NCBI RefSeq assembly: GCF_006345805.1
Contig: NC_043000.1
Coordinates: 25,668,001-25,732,000, forward strand
DNA length: 64,000 bases
Direction of reading: 5' to 3'
DNA from: Octopus sinensis
Lineage: Eukaryota
Shown one piece after another: positions 26,490 through 38,366 of the stretch. Positions within the stretch are counted from its first letter, which is position 1; the number at the start of each line of letters is the position of its first letter. The position numbers and the translations under genes are program-made. The notes beneath the pieces were generated by a model, which had not been told where the DNA came from, did not search any database, and saw only the letters and a list, made by a program, of their open reading frames with translations.

Positions 26490-26760
26490 ATTAAATTAGA
26501 GATAAAACCACTATTAGGCAAATCATACAATGAAAAACTTAAGCCAATACATAAGATTAATTAATTTATATTATTTTAAATATATATCAAAATTATTAAA
26601 AAAAGATAATTAGTATAACACTACGATCGTTTCATGGCTGTCCAATTCTTAAAATTTCGAGTTACAGTCATTCTTCAGGTGATTTAAATATCTAAAATAT
26701 AATCAGAAATATTTAAACAATATTTTTAAGATATAAATAATATATATAATATAAAATTTA
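26490..26760 (-). mobile_element. Family P3 element between (TA)n tracts
   Basis: AT-rich insert bounded by TA repeats, carrying the 26617-26683 hammerhead. Confidence 0.6.
26617..26683 (-). ncRNA. Minimal type-I hammerhead ribozyme fold (family P3)
   Basis: Minus strand ATCAC-CTGAAGA-ATGACTGT...ACAGCCAT-GAAA-C-GATC-G-TA-GTGTT; stem II 7 of 8 bp, palindromic GATC loop III, GUA triplet, short stem I. Confidence 0.65.
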
Positions 26761-26775
26761 TATATATATATATAT

Positions 26776-27290
26776 GGAGTGGCTGTGTAGTAAGTAGCTT
26801 GCTTACCAACCACATGGTTCCGGGTTCAGCCCTACTGCGTGGCACCTTGGGCAAGTGTCTTCTATTATAGCCTTGTGAGTGGATTTGGTAGATGGAAACT
26901 GAAAGAAGCCCATCGTATGTATGTATATGTATATATATATATATGTTTGTGTGTCTGTGTTTGTCCCTTTACGTCCCCATAACTTAGCAGTTCGGCAAAA
27001 AAGGCAGATAGAATAAGTACAAGGCTTACAAAGAATTTGTAAGCCTTGCTCGACTAAAGGCGGTGCTCCAGCATAGCCACAGTCAAATGACTGAAACAAA
27101 TAAAAGAGAGAGTAAAAGAGTATATATATATATATGATGGGTTTCTTTCAATTTACATCTACCAAATCCACTCACAAGGCTTTGATTGGCCCAAGGCTAT
27201 AGTAGAAGACACTTGCCCAAGGTGCCACGCAGTGGGACTGAACCTAGGACCATGTAGTTGGTAAGCAAGCTACTTACCACACAACCACTT
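26776..27290. mobile_element. Two family A SINEs tail-to-tail (+ 26776-27120, - 27130-27290)
   Basis: Homology to family A. Another partial minus copy at 26245-26440. Confidence 0.85.
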
Positions 27291-28499
27291 ATTTATTTTT
27301 GGAACATTGGGATTAGGATCATAAACCATGTTAAATACACATCATCATCACCAAACCACGGATATTAGTGTCCTAGGATTCTCAGGGCTGGTTACTCAGT
27401 TTCCATGGTGTATAAGTGGCTGATAGTCAATAATTATAGAAAAATAAACAAGAGCAGAGGAGTTCCAAAAGGAAGACATTATGAGAAGGAAAACACTCGG
27501 TGAAGTGGTAAGTGATGGACCTGAGAGATGAACATAATATAGGTAACGGGAGAATGAGAGATGATTGATTCACACTCACAAGGGTCAGATTGAAACTAAC
27601 ACAAGGCTATCCGGCCAAATCCGAGAAATATTTGCTACTTCCACCAAGATCTGCACCCACGGTCAGCTTCACCCGGGCTCGCGTCCGCAGCTTCCATGTA
27701 GCAATAGAAAAGGCAGAGTGAGGAGATAGTGCGTCCATGGAATGGTGGTTGGAATATGTAAGTTAGCGACTTCTTTCCAGACATTCGAACAGCCTTTTAC
27801 GAGTTTATGTATTTCTTGTCTGTTGTTATTGTATTGTTTGTTTCTTATTTTTGATGTGATTGCGTTAAGTTAATGGACGAATCAAAGAGAAGGCTATTCT
27901 GTCCTGCTTAAAAAAAAAGCAAAAAAGAAAATCCAGGGCCAGCATTTAGAGTCACGTTCATTTGACAACATGTTCAGCGCATTTCATAGAAGCTTTCACT
28001 TGTTTCATAGGACCGACTGACCAGTGCTTGGAGGCTGTTGGCACAAAACCCTTCTCCACTTTGGCCTACAAAGTTATCATTAAGAAAGAGCCTCTGTGTC
28101 CTTGCTTTACATACTAGAAATAACAGTTAAATTCATTCAGTAGGACGATGTGGGGCAAGGATCAAAAATTCAACACCGCACCCGACAAAAGTGAACAATT
28201 TTCTAAAACATCCAGATAAAGTAAAAGACGGTCAGATTCGTAAAAATGCTGTTACGGTCACATGAAATGAAGAGTTCTGTTATTTGGACACATTCCTGCA
28301 TCATATACAATTGTGAAATTTAGAGCATCTTGATTTTGTGTAAATTTTTTGATGTGATTTAGAAGATCAAGGACAGAACTTATTACTTTTTGCAGAGCTT
28401 CAGAGATTTTACAGGAAAAAGAAATATATCTTCAGACCAAAAACCTGGCTCGAATGCTTCCAACAGAATGGACTCCACGAAACAGGAATGACAAGTTGA

Positions 28500-29445
28500 A
28501 TACAATGACCCTAGCACTTGATTGGTACTTTATTTCATCGACCCTCAAAGGCTGGAAGTTAAAGTTGACCTCGGCAGAATTTAAACTGAGAACATAAAGA
28601 GCCAGAAGAAATGCCGCTAAGCATTTTGTCCGATGTGCTAACAATTCTATCAAGTTGCCACCTTCCAAAGTCCAAGTTAAAATAAATACATTTTAATATT
28701 TCAAGCATTGAAGGTGGTGAGCTGGCAGAAGTGTTAGCACGCCGGGTGAAATGCTTAGCGGTATCTCATCTGCTACTACATTCTGAGTTCAAATTGCCTT
28801 TCATCTTTTCGGGGTCGATTAAATAAGTACCAGTTACGCACTGGGGTCGATGTAATCGACTTAATCCATTTGCCTGTCCTTGTTTGTGCCTTCTTGGGGT
28901 CGATAAATTAAGTACCAGTTACGTACTGGTGTGGATGTAATCAGCTTAATCCCTTTGTCTATCCTTGTTTGTCCCCTCTATGTTTAGCCCCTTATGGGCA
29001 ATAAAGAAATAAGAAACATTAGCATGCCGGGTGAAATGCTTAGTGGTATTTCGTGTGCCTTTACATTCTGAGTTCAAATTCCGCCGAGGTCAACTTTGCC
29101 TTTTATCCTTCCGGGGTCGATAAATTAAGTACCAGTTGCATACTAGGGTCAATCTAATCGACTGGTTCCCTTCCCCAAAATTTCGGCCTTGTGCCAAAAT
29201 TAGAAATCAATAGTTCCAATATTTAAAGCAGTGAAGGCAGCGAGCTGGCAGAATTGTTAGCACACTGGCAAAATGCTTAGCAGCATTTCATTAGTCTTTA
29301 CATTCTGTGTTCAAATTTTGCTGAGGTCGACTTTGCCCTTCATGTTTTTGGGGTCGATTAAATAAGTACCAGTTGAGTACTGGGGTCGATGTAATTAAAT
29401 CACAGTTCACCCTAAAAGTGCGAGCCTTGTACCAAAATTTGAAGT
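28500..29445. mobile_element. Cluster of SINE B copies (one minus, several plus)
   Basis: Repeated B heads and bodies. Confidence 0.85.
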
Positions 29446-29562
29446 TGTTACATATCTATGATAACAACTGAGATGAAAACACAAAGAAGTTGTAACATTG
29501 CATGTGGGTTTCGAACATCAAGTGTTTTGTAAACCATTTGAGATGTGCTAACCACCCCACCA

Positions 29563-29941
29563 AAGCACTCCGTCGGTTACAACGACGAGGGTTCCAGTTG
29601 ATTCGATCAACGGAACAGCTTGCTCGTGAAATTAACGTGCAAGTAGCTGAGCACTCCACAGACACGTGTACCCTTAACGTAGATCTCAGGGAGATTCAGC
29701 ATGACACAGAGTGTGACAAGCTGGCCCCTTTGAAATACAGGCACAACAGAAACAGGAAGAAAGAGCGAGAGAAAGTTGTGGTGTGTGAGTACAGCAGGGT
29801 TCGCTGCCACCCTCTGCCAGAGTCTCATGGAGCTTTAGATGTTTTTGCTCAATAAACACTCACAGTGTCCGGTCTGGATATCGAAACTGCGATCCTACGA
29901 CCGCGAGTCTGCTGCCCTAACCACTGGGCCATTACGCCTTC
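29563..29941 (-). mobile_element. SINE family C (tRNA-Arg-like head)
   Basis: Minus-strand head ggcgtaatggcccagtggttagggcagcagactcgcggtcgtaggatcgcagtttcga with a TCG anticodon-like loop; full body. Confidence 0.9.
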
Positions 29942-29975
29942 ACACATCAACACAACATCACAAACGTTGTATATA

Positions 29976-30393
29976 TATTTCTTTACTGCCCACAAGGGGC
30001 TAAACATAGAGGGGACAAACAAGGACAGACAAAGGGATTAAGTCGATTACATCGACCCCAGTGCGAAACTGGTACTTTATTTATCGACCCCGAAAGGATG
30101 AAAGACAAAGTCGACCTCGGCGGGATTTGAACTCAGAACGTAACGACAGACAAAATACCTATTTCTTTACTACCCACAAGGGGCTAAACACAGAGAGGAC
30201 AAACAAGGACAGACAAACGGATTAAGTCGATTACATCGACCCCAGAGCGTAACTGGTACTTATTTAATCGACCCCCCTGAAAGGATGAAAGGCAAAGTCG
30301 ACCTCGGCGGAATTTGAACTCAGAACGTAACAGCAGACGAAATACAGCTACGCATTTCGCCCGGCATGCTAAAAATTCTGCCAGCTCACCGCC
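29976..30393 (-). mobile_element. SINE family B dimer
   Basis: 18-bp TSD with one mismatch, TCACAAACGTTGT(A/G)TATA (29958-29975, 30394-30411). Confidence 0.9.
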
Positions 30394-30683
30394 TCACAAA
30401 CGTTGTGTATAATCGTAATACTGTATCAAAGGAAACAATACACTCTACAAAATATTCAAAAGGAGAGCTGCGATAAATAAAAATCAATACAGGGGAAAAA
30501 TTGAAGTGCTTCTAATAGTCATTCGGAAAATATATTACAAACGAAATAAGAATTAAAATTCACAACGATGTTATAAACAAAATTAGGTTGATTGCTTTTT
30601 CACTTGTAGAAGTGTCTTGCTTAAGATTTAGTGCAAAAATATAAATCAAATTATATTTTTGAACTCATTATTATGTAAATAAC

Positions 30684-31100
30684 GGATCTTTTCGGTCTGA
30701 CCAGCAGTTTTTAAAAATAATTTCCACGAAACTAAACACTTTTAAACTTCACATACTGGTAGAATGTGTTTATAAACATCTTTTTCTCTTGGCTTTATTG
30801 AGAAAATTCTATAGTTTGTAAGATATTTGTTGTTGTTTTTCTTCAATTTCTGCAATTTCAACCAATCAATGACGTCTATTGAGGTGAAAACATTCTGTGC
30901 CGTATGAATATGTCCCTCGTTTAAGAAATTGGTTTTATTTACATTTGTGAAGAAAAAAGATACCCTACCCCCCACCCCTAACCCTAACCCTAACCCTAAA
31001 ACTGATTGAAATGCAATAGATCGATACTAGGGTCATACTTATGGGTGACAATTTCATATGACACCGCTATAAAAAACTGCCGTTCAAACCGAAAAGATCC
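30684..31100. mobile_element. MITE with GGATC termini and internal (CCCTAA)n; superfamily unassigned
   Basis: ~29-bp imperfect TIRs ggatcttttcggtctgaccagcagttttt / aaaaactgccgttcaaaccgaaaagatcc; telomere-like repeats at ~30975-30996. Confidence 0.75.
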
Positions 31101-32329
31101 AAATATATTACAAATGAAATAAGAATTAAAATTCACAACGATATTATAAACGAAATTCGGTTGATTGAATTTTCACTTTCTTAGGATTTAGTACAAAAAT
31201 ATAAATCAAATTATATTTTTGAACTCATTATTATGTAAATAACTTCGAATAAATGTGTATCTCATTGACAAGAGTGTCTTCAATGGTAAAGTTTCTCCTA
31301 GCAACTTTTACGGTGGAAGTTTAATTACAAGTGATGCTGAACTTTCACTCTGTTATTTATCGAAATGGTTCCTCATTGTTCTACCAGGGATAAATATTGG
31401 TTTTTCGAAACCAGCCAGGGGAACGTGTTAGAAATAGCAACTAAATCTCTCTCAAATCAGGCCCAACCGTCTTGAAAGAGAATGTATAGTGTAATAACAC
31501 TTTGGCACAAAGATAAATAATTTCGGGGGAGGTGGTAAGTCGATTACAGATACTACAGTGTTCAACTAGTACTTAGTCTTTCGATCCGAAAAGGATGAAA
31601 GTCAAAGTCAAACTAGGCGGAATTTGAACTCAGAACGCGAAGACGGACGAAACGCCGCTAATCATTTTGTCCGGCATGCTATCGATTCTACCAGCAAGCC
31701 GCCTTTTATATTGGGTAATATTACTTATTTAAACAAGGCAGGTGAGCCGGCAGAAGCTTTAACATGAAGGGAAAATGCTTGGTGGCATTTCGTCCGTCTT
31801 TGCGTTCTGAGTGCAAATTCTGCCGAGGTTGTTTTTGCTTGTCATCCTTTTGGGTTCGATAAGTACCAGTAGATTACTGGGGTCGATGTAATTGACTTAC
31901 TCTCTCCAACGAAACTGCTGGCCTTGTGCCAAAATTTGAAAACAATATAACATACCTAAGCCCTTCGCTTCCTCTGGAGCAGAGACCATCCACGGTTCTT
32001 CTTAACCTTTCTTGACCCTGGGCTGTCTTTTCTGTTTCTTTCCAGTTAGTTCCCTACATTTTTCCATCCTTTCAGGTTTACCTCAGAATTCCTGCCTCCA
32101 ACTACTTTTAGGGGGTCCTCTTTTCTGTTTCTGTTGCGTGTTCAACACCGGAGCCTGACGTGTAATTCAAGATGTCCTTTCAGATTCTGCTGCACGAGGG
32201 AAGGCCTTCCTCTGCCACGCATTTGTAGTGACCCCTGGTGGTCAAGTGAGAAAGCAAAACGAAAAAGGGATCTAACGAGAGTCATCTCCCTCGACCTTCT
32301 CGGATATTCTAGAAGCTTTCAGTTAACTC

Positions 32330-32520
32330 CCGGATGACGTAGAAGTCAGGGACTTCTGTTCATCCCTTATATAAAGCAAACACAATTCTAATTTCGCGCT
32401 CCTTTTGCCTGTCGGTTCGTAGGCGTACGCATTGAGCCACGCCACTCGCACACATACAGCCGCACGCGCGCATATTCGCTTCATTTGCTTTGAGACATGT
32501 GGTTGCAAAGTATGTTCATG
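32330..32520. promoter_or_regulatory. Possible promoter (CpG-rich, TATA, CRE half-site)
   Basis: TGACGT at ~32335, TTATATAAAG at ~32366, CpG-dense non-repeat sequence; minus-strand donor GAG|GTAAAC at ~32070. Confidence 0.3.
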
Positions 32521-33129
32521 TAATATGTTACACGCTTTTTCCTTCAGCTGTCCTTATATGTTAACACATTACATCCAGTAATAAATATGTTATGACTTAT
32601 TATGAACGTCTCACAAGTTCTTATTTTTCTTGCCGTTTTACATACAAGATGGTGATCCCTCTTTCTCGTATGCAATTGTAGAATTTTAAGTTGTCACATT
32701 CTGACATCACTACTCCTTGTTTGGTTTTAAATCGTCAACGATACTTCTGTAACTTCATGCTTTTCTAGGTAGGTTTGTCGGTCCTTTGCAAACCCGTTTT
32801 AACTTCTGGGAAGAGGTCGTCCATATTAGTCTGGCCTCTATCTTTTGACCTGTCCAGTATGGGAGAACCGACAAGAAGCTAGCGTCGTACTGGAACAGCT
32901 CTCAGAGTCATTAAGACATATAAGCCATCACACTGCCGTAAAGACTGAGGTGTTTCCTGTATTGGATAAATATGATTCCTGGTAACGTTACGCTAGAAAT
33001 CCTTCGGAGGAATCTCATCCGACCGTAAATATTCGCAATCGTAGACCGTGACAACGATAAAGCCTTTTGGCATTGAATCAGTCGCGCTGTTTACGAAACT
33101 TGATGATGAAATATATTGCATCACTGATT

Positions 33130-33738
33130 AGAATAAATGTTGGTTTCAAATTTTGGCACAATGCCAGCAATTTTGGAGTAAGTCGATTACGTCGACCCCA
33201 GTGCTCGACTGGTACTTATTTTATTGATCTCGAAAGAATGAAAGGCCAAGTCAACATCGGTGGAATTTGAACTCAGAACGTAAATACGGACGAAATGCCG
33301 TTAAACATTTTGTCCACTTTGATTAGAGAAAATATTCTTTTCTACTCTCGGCACAAGGCCCGAAAATTTTTGGGGAGCAGGCCCAGTCGATTAGATCTAT
33401 CCCAGTACGCAACTGGTACTTAATTTATCCACCCCAAAAGGACGAAAGGCAAAATCGATCACAGCGGAATTTGAACTCAGAACATAAAGACAGACGAAAT
33501 ACCTATTTCTTTATTACCCACAAGGGGCTAAACATAGAGGGGACAAACAAGGACAAACAAACGGATTATGTCGATTACATCAATTCCAGTGCGTAACTGG
33601 TACTTAATTTATAGACCCCGAAAGGATGAAAGGCAAAGTCGACCTCGGGGAAAATTGAACTCAGAACGCAGCGGCGGACGAAATACCACAAAACATTTCG
33701 CCCGGCGTGCTAACGCTTTTGTCAGTTCGCTGCCTTGA
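33130..33738 (-). mobile_element. SINE family B copies (monomer plus dimer)
   Basis: Homology to family B. Two older copies at ~31500-31950. Confidence 0.85.
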
Positions 33739-34231
33739 TTGGAGCAAATATTGTACACTAAGATAGCTATGTAGGCTTTAGAAATTGTTATTTGGCATTT
33801 TCAATTCTTTAAATATCAAATTTACATTGCTTAGAACATCAAATTGTTTATGATATTTCATTGTTTAACGTCTTTCATTGTTTAATGTCTTTCATTGTTT
33901 AAAGTATCACATTGTTGAAATAATGGCATTTGAAGTAGAATACTATTTAAATTAAAGCATTGTTTAAAGTTTCAAATTATTTAAAGCGTGACATTGCTCG
34001 AGTATTAAATTGTTAAAAGAATCACATAAACACATACAGGCACACACAAAATATTAGGAGTGTCTATAACCTCAATACGCCCCTACGTCTAACGATGAGT
34101 GGAACAGAACAACTGTTGTTGGCCAAGTCCACCTCATAAATATCTGCTGTGGTCACCGCCAGAATTCATAAACTGGATAGTGAAAACAGCGCATCATGCC
34201 AAGACTTTTATATTGTCACTAACTAACTAAT

Positions 34232-35352
34232 TGGCACTCCGTCGGTTGCGACGAGGGTTCCAGTTGATCCGATCAACGAAACAGCCTGCTCGTGAAATTA
34301 ACGTGCGAGTAGCTGTGTACTCCATAGGCATGCGTGCTCTTAGCATAGTTTTTAGGGGGATTCAACATGACACACAATCTAACAAGAATGTAAGGCGGCG
34401 AGCTGGCAGAATCGTTAGCACGCCGGGCGAAATGCTCAGCGGTATTTCGTCTGCCGCTACGTTCTGAGTTCAAATTCCGCCGAGGTCGACTTTGCCTTTC
34501 ATCCTTTCGGGGTCGATTAAATAAGTACCAGTTACACACTGGGGTCGATATAATCGACTTAATCCGTTTGTCTGTCCTTGTTTGTCTTCTCTATGTTTAG
34601 CCCTTTGTGGGTAGTAAAGAAATAGGTATTTCGTATGCCGTTACGTTCTGAGTTCAAATTCCGCCGAGGTCGACTTTGCCTTTCATCCTTTCGGGGTCGA
34701 TTAAATAAGTACCAGTTACACACTGGGGTCGATATAATCGACTTAATCCGTTTGTCTGTCCTTGTTTGTCTTCTCTATGTTTAGCCCTTTGTGGGTAGTA
34801 AAGAAATAGGTATTTCGTATGCCGTTACGTTCTGAGTTCAAATTCCGCCGAGGTCGACTTTGCCTTTCATCCTTTCGGGGTCGATTAAATAAGTACCAGT
34901 TACACGCTGGGGTCGATATAATCGACTTAATCCGTTTGTCTGTCCTTGTTTGTCCTCTCTATGTTTAACCCCTTGTGGGTAGTAAAGAAATAGGTATTTC
35001 GTCTGCCGTTACGTTCTGAGTTCAAATTCCGCCGAGGTCGACTTTGCCTTTCATCCTTTCGGGGTCGATAAATTAAGTACCAGTTACGCACTGGGGTCGA
35101 TATTATCGACTTAATCTGTTTGTTTGTATTTGTTTGTCCCCTCTGTGTTTAGCCCCTTGTGGGCAGTAAAGAAATAAGAATGTAACAAGACTGACCGCCT
35201 GAATTGCAAATACAACTCAGTTTTGGCAGCTGAGTCGACTGGAACAACGTGAAATAAAGTATCTTGCCGAAGGACACAATGCTGCCGGGAATCGAACATA
35301 TGACTTTACGATCATGGGCCAAACACCCTAACCATTAAGCCACGCACCTTCA
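34232..35352 (-). mobile_element. SINE family C2 split by a SINE B tetramer
   Basis: C-type tail at 34232-34393; CORE-like middle and tRNA head at 35186-35352. Confidence 0.8.
34394..35175 (+). mobile_element. SINE family B tetramer (one head, four 184-bp bodies)
   Basis: gttctgagtt at 34461, 34645, 34829 and 35013; 10-bp TSD AAGAATGTAA (34384-34393, 35176-35185). Confidence 0.9.
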
Positions 35353-35835
35353 TTCCAAACGACAAATTACTTCGTGTCAGACTGCAGTAAAGTCGTCAAC
35401 GAGATGGAGGCGTATGTGTGTCTGGGAAAAAGGAGCAGCGGGTATCATTCTGTCCTCCGATAACCCCACAGCCATAGATTTTGCTCCATCAGGGCTGAAA
35501 GGAGACACGCAACAACAATAACAGTACCACAGTATGGACGAATGGTTAATAGGTTCAAGTCGTAACTACGGAAACCAAGGCCGACCCGAGGCTGTAAAAA
35601 TGATACTTGCTCAAGATTGCGGATCTTTGGATCTACCTGTATTCTTTGAATGTAAGTTGATTGGTGGAAACTGTGTAGAAGCCTGTTGAATGAAGTATGC
35701 GTGTGATCCAAAGGTAGAACCTTGTCTCGCACACAATTATGTCGTAACTGTGGATGACATCAGGTAGCCCAAACGGTGAAGGTGCTTTGATCGACATACT
35801 AATAAACGTATACCCAAAGTCCAAGTATTTACATT

Positions 35836-35880
<45 letters not shown>

Positions 35881-36042
35881 TGCCATACTGATTCTACCCG
35901 ATAATTGCATCAAGGGTATACACGTCTGAGGAATACTCAGCTGCTTACATGTTAATTCAGGGACAATTCGGTCGCTCGAACAATCGAATCCTCATCTTCG
36001 AAACCGACGGTAAACTGACTATATATGTATATATATATCTTT

Positions 36043-36302
36043 AGTGGAGGCACGTGGCCTAGTGGTTAGAGCATCCGTCGATGTGTGTTTATGAGCAAAA
36101 CACCTAAGCTCCATGCGGCTCCGGCAGAAGGTAATGGCGAACTTCTGCTGACTCTTTCGCCACAACTTTCTCTCACTCTTTCCTCCTGCACCTTGCAGCT
36201 CACCTGCGACGGACCGGCGTCCCGTCCAGGTGGGGAACCTATACGCCAAGGAAACCGGGAAACCGGCCCTTATGAGCCAGGCATGACTCGAGAAGGAACA
36301 AA
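36043..36302 (+). mobile_element. SINE family C variant
   Basis: tRNA-like head and C body with the alternative tail gaaaccgggaaaccggccc, also at 58384-58690. Confidence 0.8.
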
Positions 36303-36390
36303 CAACATATATATCTTTGCATGCATATTTGTGAGAAGATATGTATGTATGCATGTTTGTGTGTGTGTGCGTGTGTGTTCACACATACAG

Positions 36391-36465
<75 letters not shown>

Positions 36466-36696
36466 GAGCGTGTGGGCGAGAGAAATTTTCATTGGAAAAA
36501 ATATTTAATACAATTCGTAAATTTAGATGACCGTCTGTTAGGGGAAAATATAAATGCTAGAGTTTCGAGCCTTCTTCGGAAAAAAAATTAAATGTATTCA
36601 ATGCTATCCTAAATAATGAAATGTTTCTTTCTGAAAGAGAGCTTTTGCTCGAAATGTTACTACTCAAGGAAATATAACATACGAATTTATCTAAAT

Positions 36697-37011
36697 CAGA
36701 GGTTCTCAAACTTTTGGGGGCCCCCTCCTCATGGTCACATAATACCCTCAGCGCCCCAACCTATTTTTATGTATAAATAAATATTTTATATTTTACTAAT
36801 TTATATATACTATGAACCATTTGATATTTAATATAATATTATATAATTTGTATACAATACTATAATAATATTATAATAAATTCATAACGTCCCCCACTCG
36901 ACTGCTTTCCACCCAATGCCTCCTTTTTCTCTACCACCCCTTCCCCGCACCACCCCCTGGATCCTCTCAACGCCCAACGGGGGGCGGTAGCGCCCACTTT
37001 GAGAACCTATG
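36697..37011. mobile_element. hAT/Charlie-like MITE
   Basis: TIRs CAGAGGTTCTCAAA / TTTGAGAACCTATG; perfect 8-bp TSD ATCTAAAT. Confidence 0.85.
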
Positions 37012-37426
37012 ATCTAAATCTACGAGAACACTCACATGCGCGCGCTCACACACACACATCACATACACACACATATAAGTACATGTGTGTTGTATTATAG
37101 ACCTGATTATGTTCTAGCTTCTCCTATTTAATCAAAATCTCTTTCATTTCTCATTTGGGTTCTTTATCGATCATTTGAAACATCGAACCATGAAAAAAAA
37201 TAACCAATTACTCTAGATTTTCTGTCTCGTGGCTCAGGATATGAACTCTGAAGGCAGAGTGTAACTCTTCCGTTGTTATGCTAGACCAGAGTTTCTCAAC
37301 CGTCTTACACTTGCATAACCCCTTAAACTAAATTACATGTTTCAAGGAATCCCTGCACAAAAAATATTATATACCATATCTTTCACATATTATTTTCATC
37401 GTAGTTCACGTAGTAAATATCATACC

Positions 37427-37458
<32 letters not shown>

Positions 37459-37503
37459 TATGTGTGTGTCGTGTAATTATTTATATATATATATATGTGT
37501 GTG

Positions 37504-37910
37504 TAACCAAGAAAAAAGTAACAAGAATGGATCAGTAATTCGGTACAATTGTTTCATACTGAGAACATTTTTATTTAAAGCTGCAAATATTACAGCAAAT
37601 ATAATGTCAAGTATTCATCAGCCAAATCACATATATGTTTTCCAACCATCACTTTCTAGGATGGTTGGAAAACATATATGTGATTTGGCAGATGAATACT
37701 TGACATTATATTTGCTGTAATATTTGCAGCTTTAAATAAAAATGTTCTCAGTATGAAACAATTGTACCGAATTACTGATCCATTCTTGTTACTTTTTCTT
37801 GGTTATAATCAGCCCATATATTTTTATGGTTAATACCATAAAGAATTCTGGTGCATCTAAGTTAAGTAGCATATTCATTTGAATTGATTTGAATCTTAAT
37901 TGTTTCGCTG
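37504..37910. mobile_element. Family P4 fold-back element (~300-bp near-perfect hairpin 37504-37805 plus single-copy extension)
   Basis: Arms differ by about one substitution and one indel; the extension is homologous in reverse to 39811-39950. Confidence 0.75.
37537..37628 (-). ncRNA. Minimal type-I hammerhead ribozyme fold (family P4)
   Basis: Minus strand GATTTGG-CTGATGA-ATACT...AGTAT-GAAA-C-AATT-G-TA-CCGAATT; 7-bp stem I with two G.U pairs, palindromic AATT loop III. Confidence 0.7.
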
Positions 37911-37911
37911 A

Positions 37912-38009
<98 letters not shown>

Positions 38010-38077
38010 CATATATTATATATACATATATATATATAATATACATATATATATATACATATATATATACATATATA

Positions 38078-38119
<42 letters not shown>

Positions 38120-38134
38120 TATACATATATATAT

Positions 38135-38182
<48 letters not shown>

Positions 38183-38318
38183 GAGGGCATTATACATACA
38201 TGCCAGAAGGCATTATACATACATGCCAAACGCTAAGAGGGACAATCAGTCATTTCTACCAAAAATATTACTAATCCCACCGAATGCAATTTTTCAAAGT
38301 AAGACATTTAAAAAATAT

Positions 38319-38366
38319 AGACCTGTATCACAGTGATTTCATACTTACGTAATCATCAGCAGGCCT
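38319..38366 (-). ncRNA. Type-I hammerhead ribozyme fold (family P5, copy 1)
   Basis: Minus strand AGGCCTG-CTGATGA-TTAC/GTAA/GTAT-GAAA-TCAC-T-GTGA-TA-CAGGTCT; 7-bp stem I, quasi-palindromic stem III, AUA triplet. Confidence 0.75.

Noticed and set aside
30975-30996. (CCCTAA)n as an interstitial telomere
   Set aside because: Only about three units, and they lie inside a TIR element.
34394-35175. Regular repeat array that could be taken for a CRISPR or satellite
   Set aside because: Units are whole 184-bp SINE bodies with no unique spacers, and a TSD is present.
36625-36662. CTGAAAGAGAGC-TTTT-GCTC-GAAATGTTA hammerhead-like motif (similar weak ones at 18100-18130, 35925-36015, 48645-48665 and 51340-51380)
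   Set aside because: Core altered and stem I or stem III missing; at best decayed relics.
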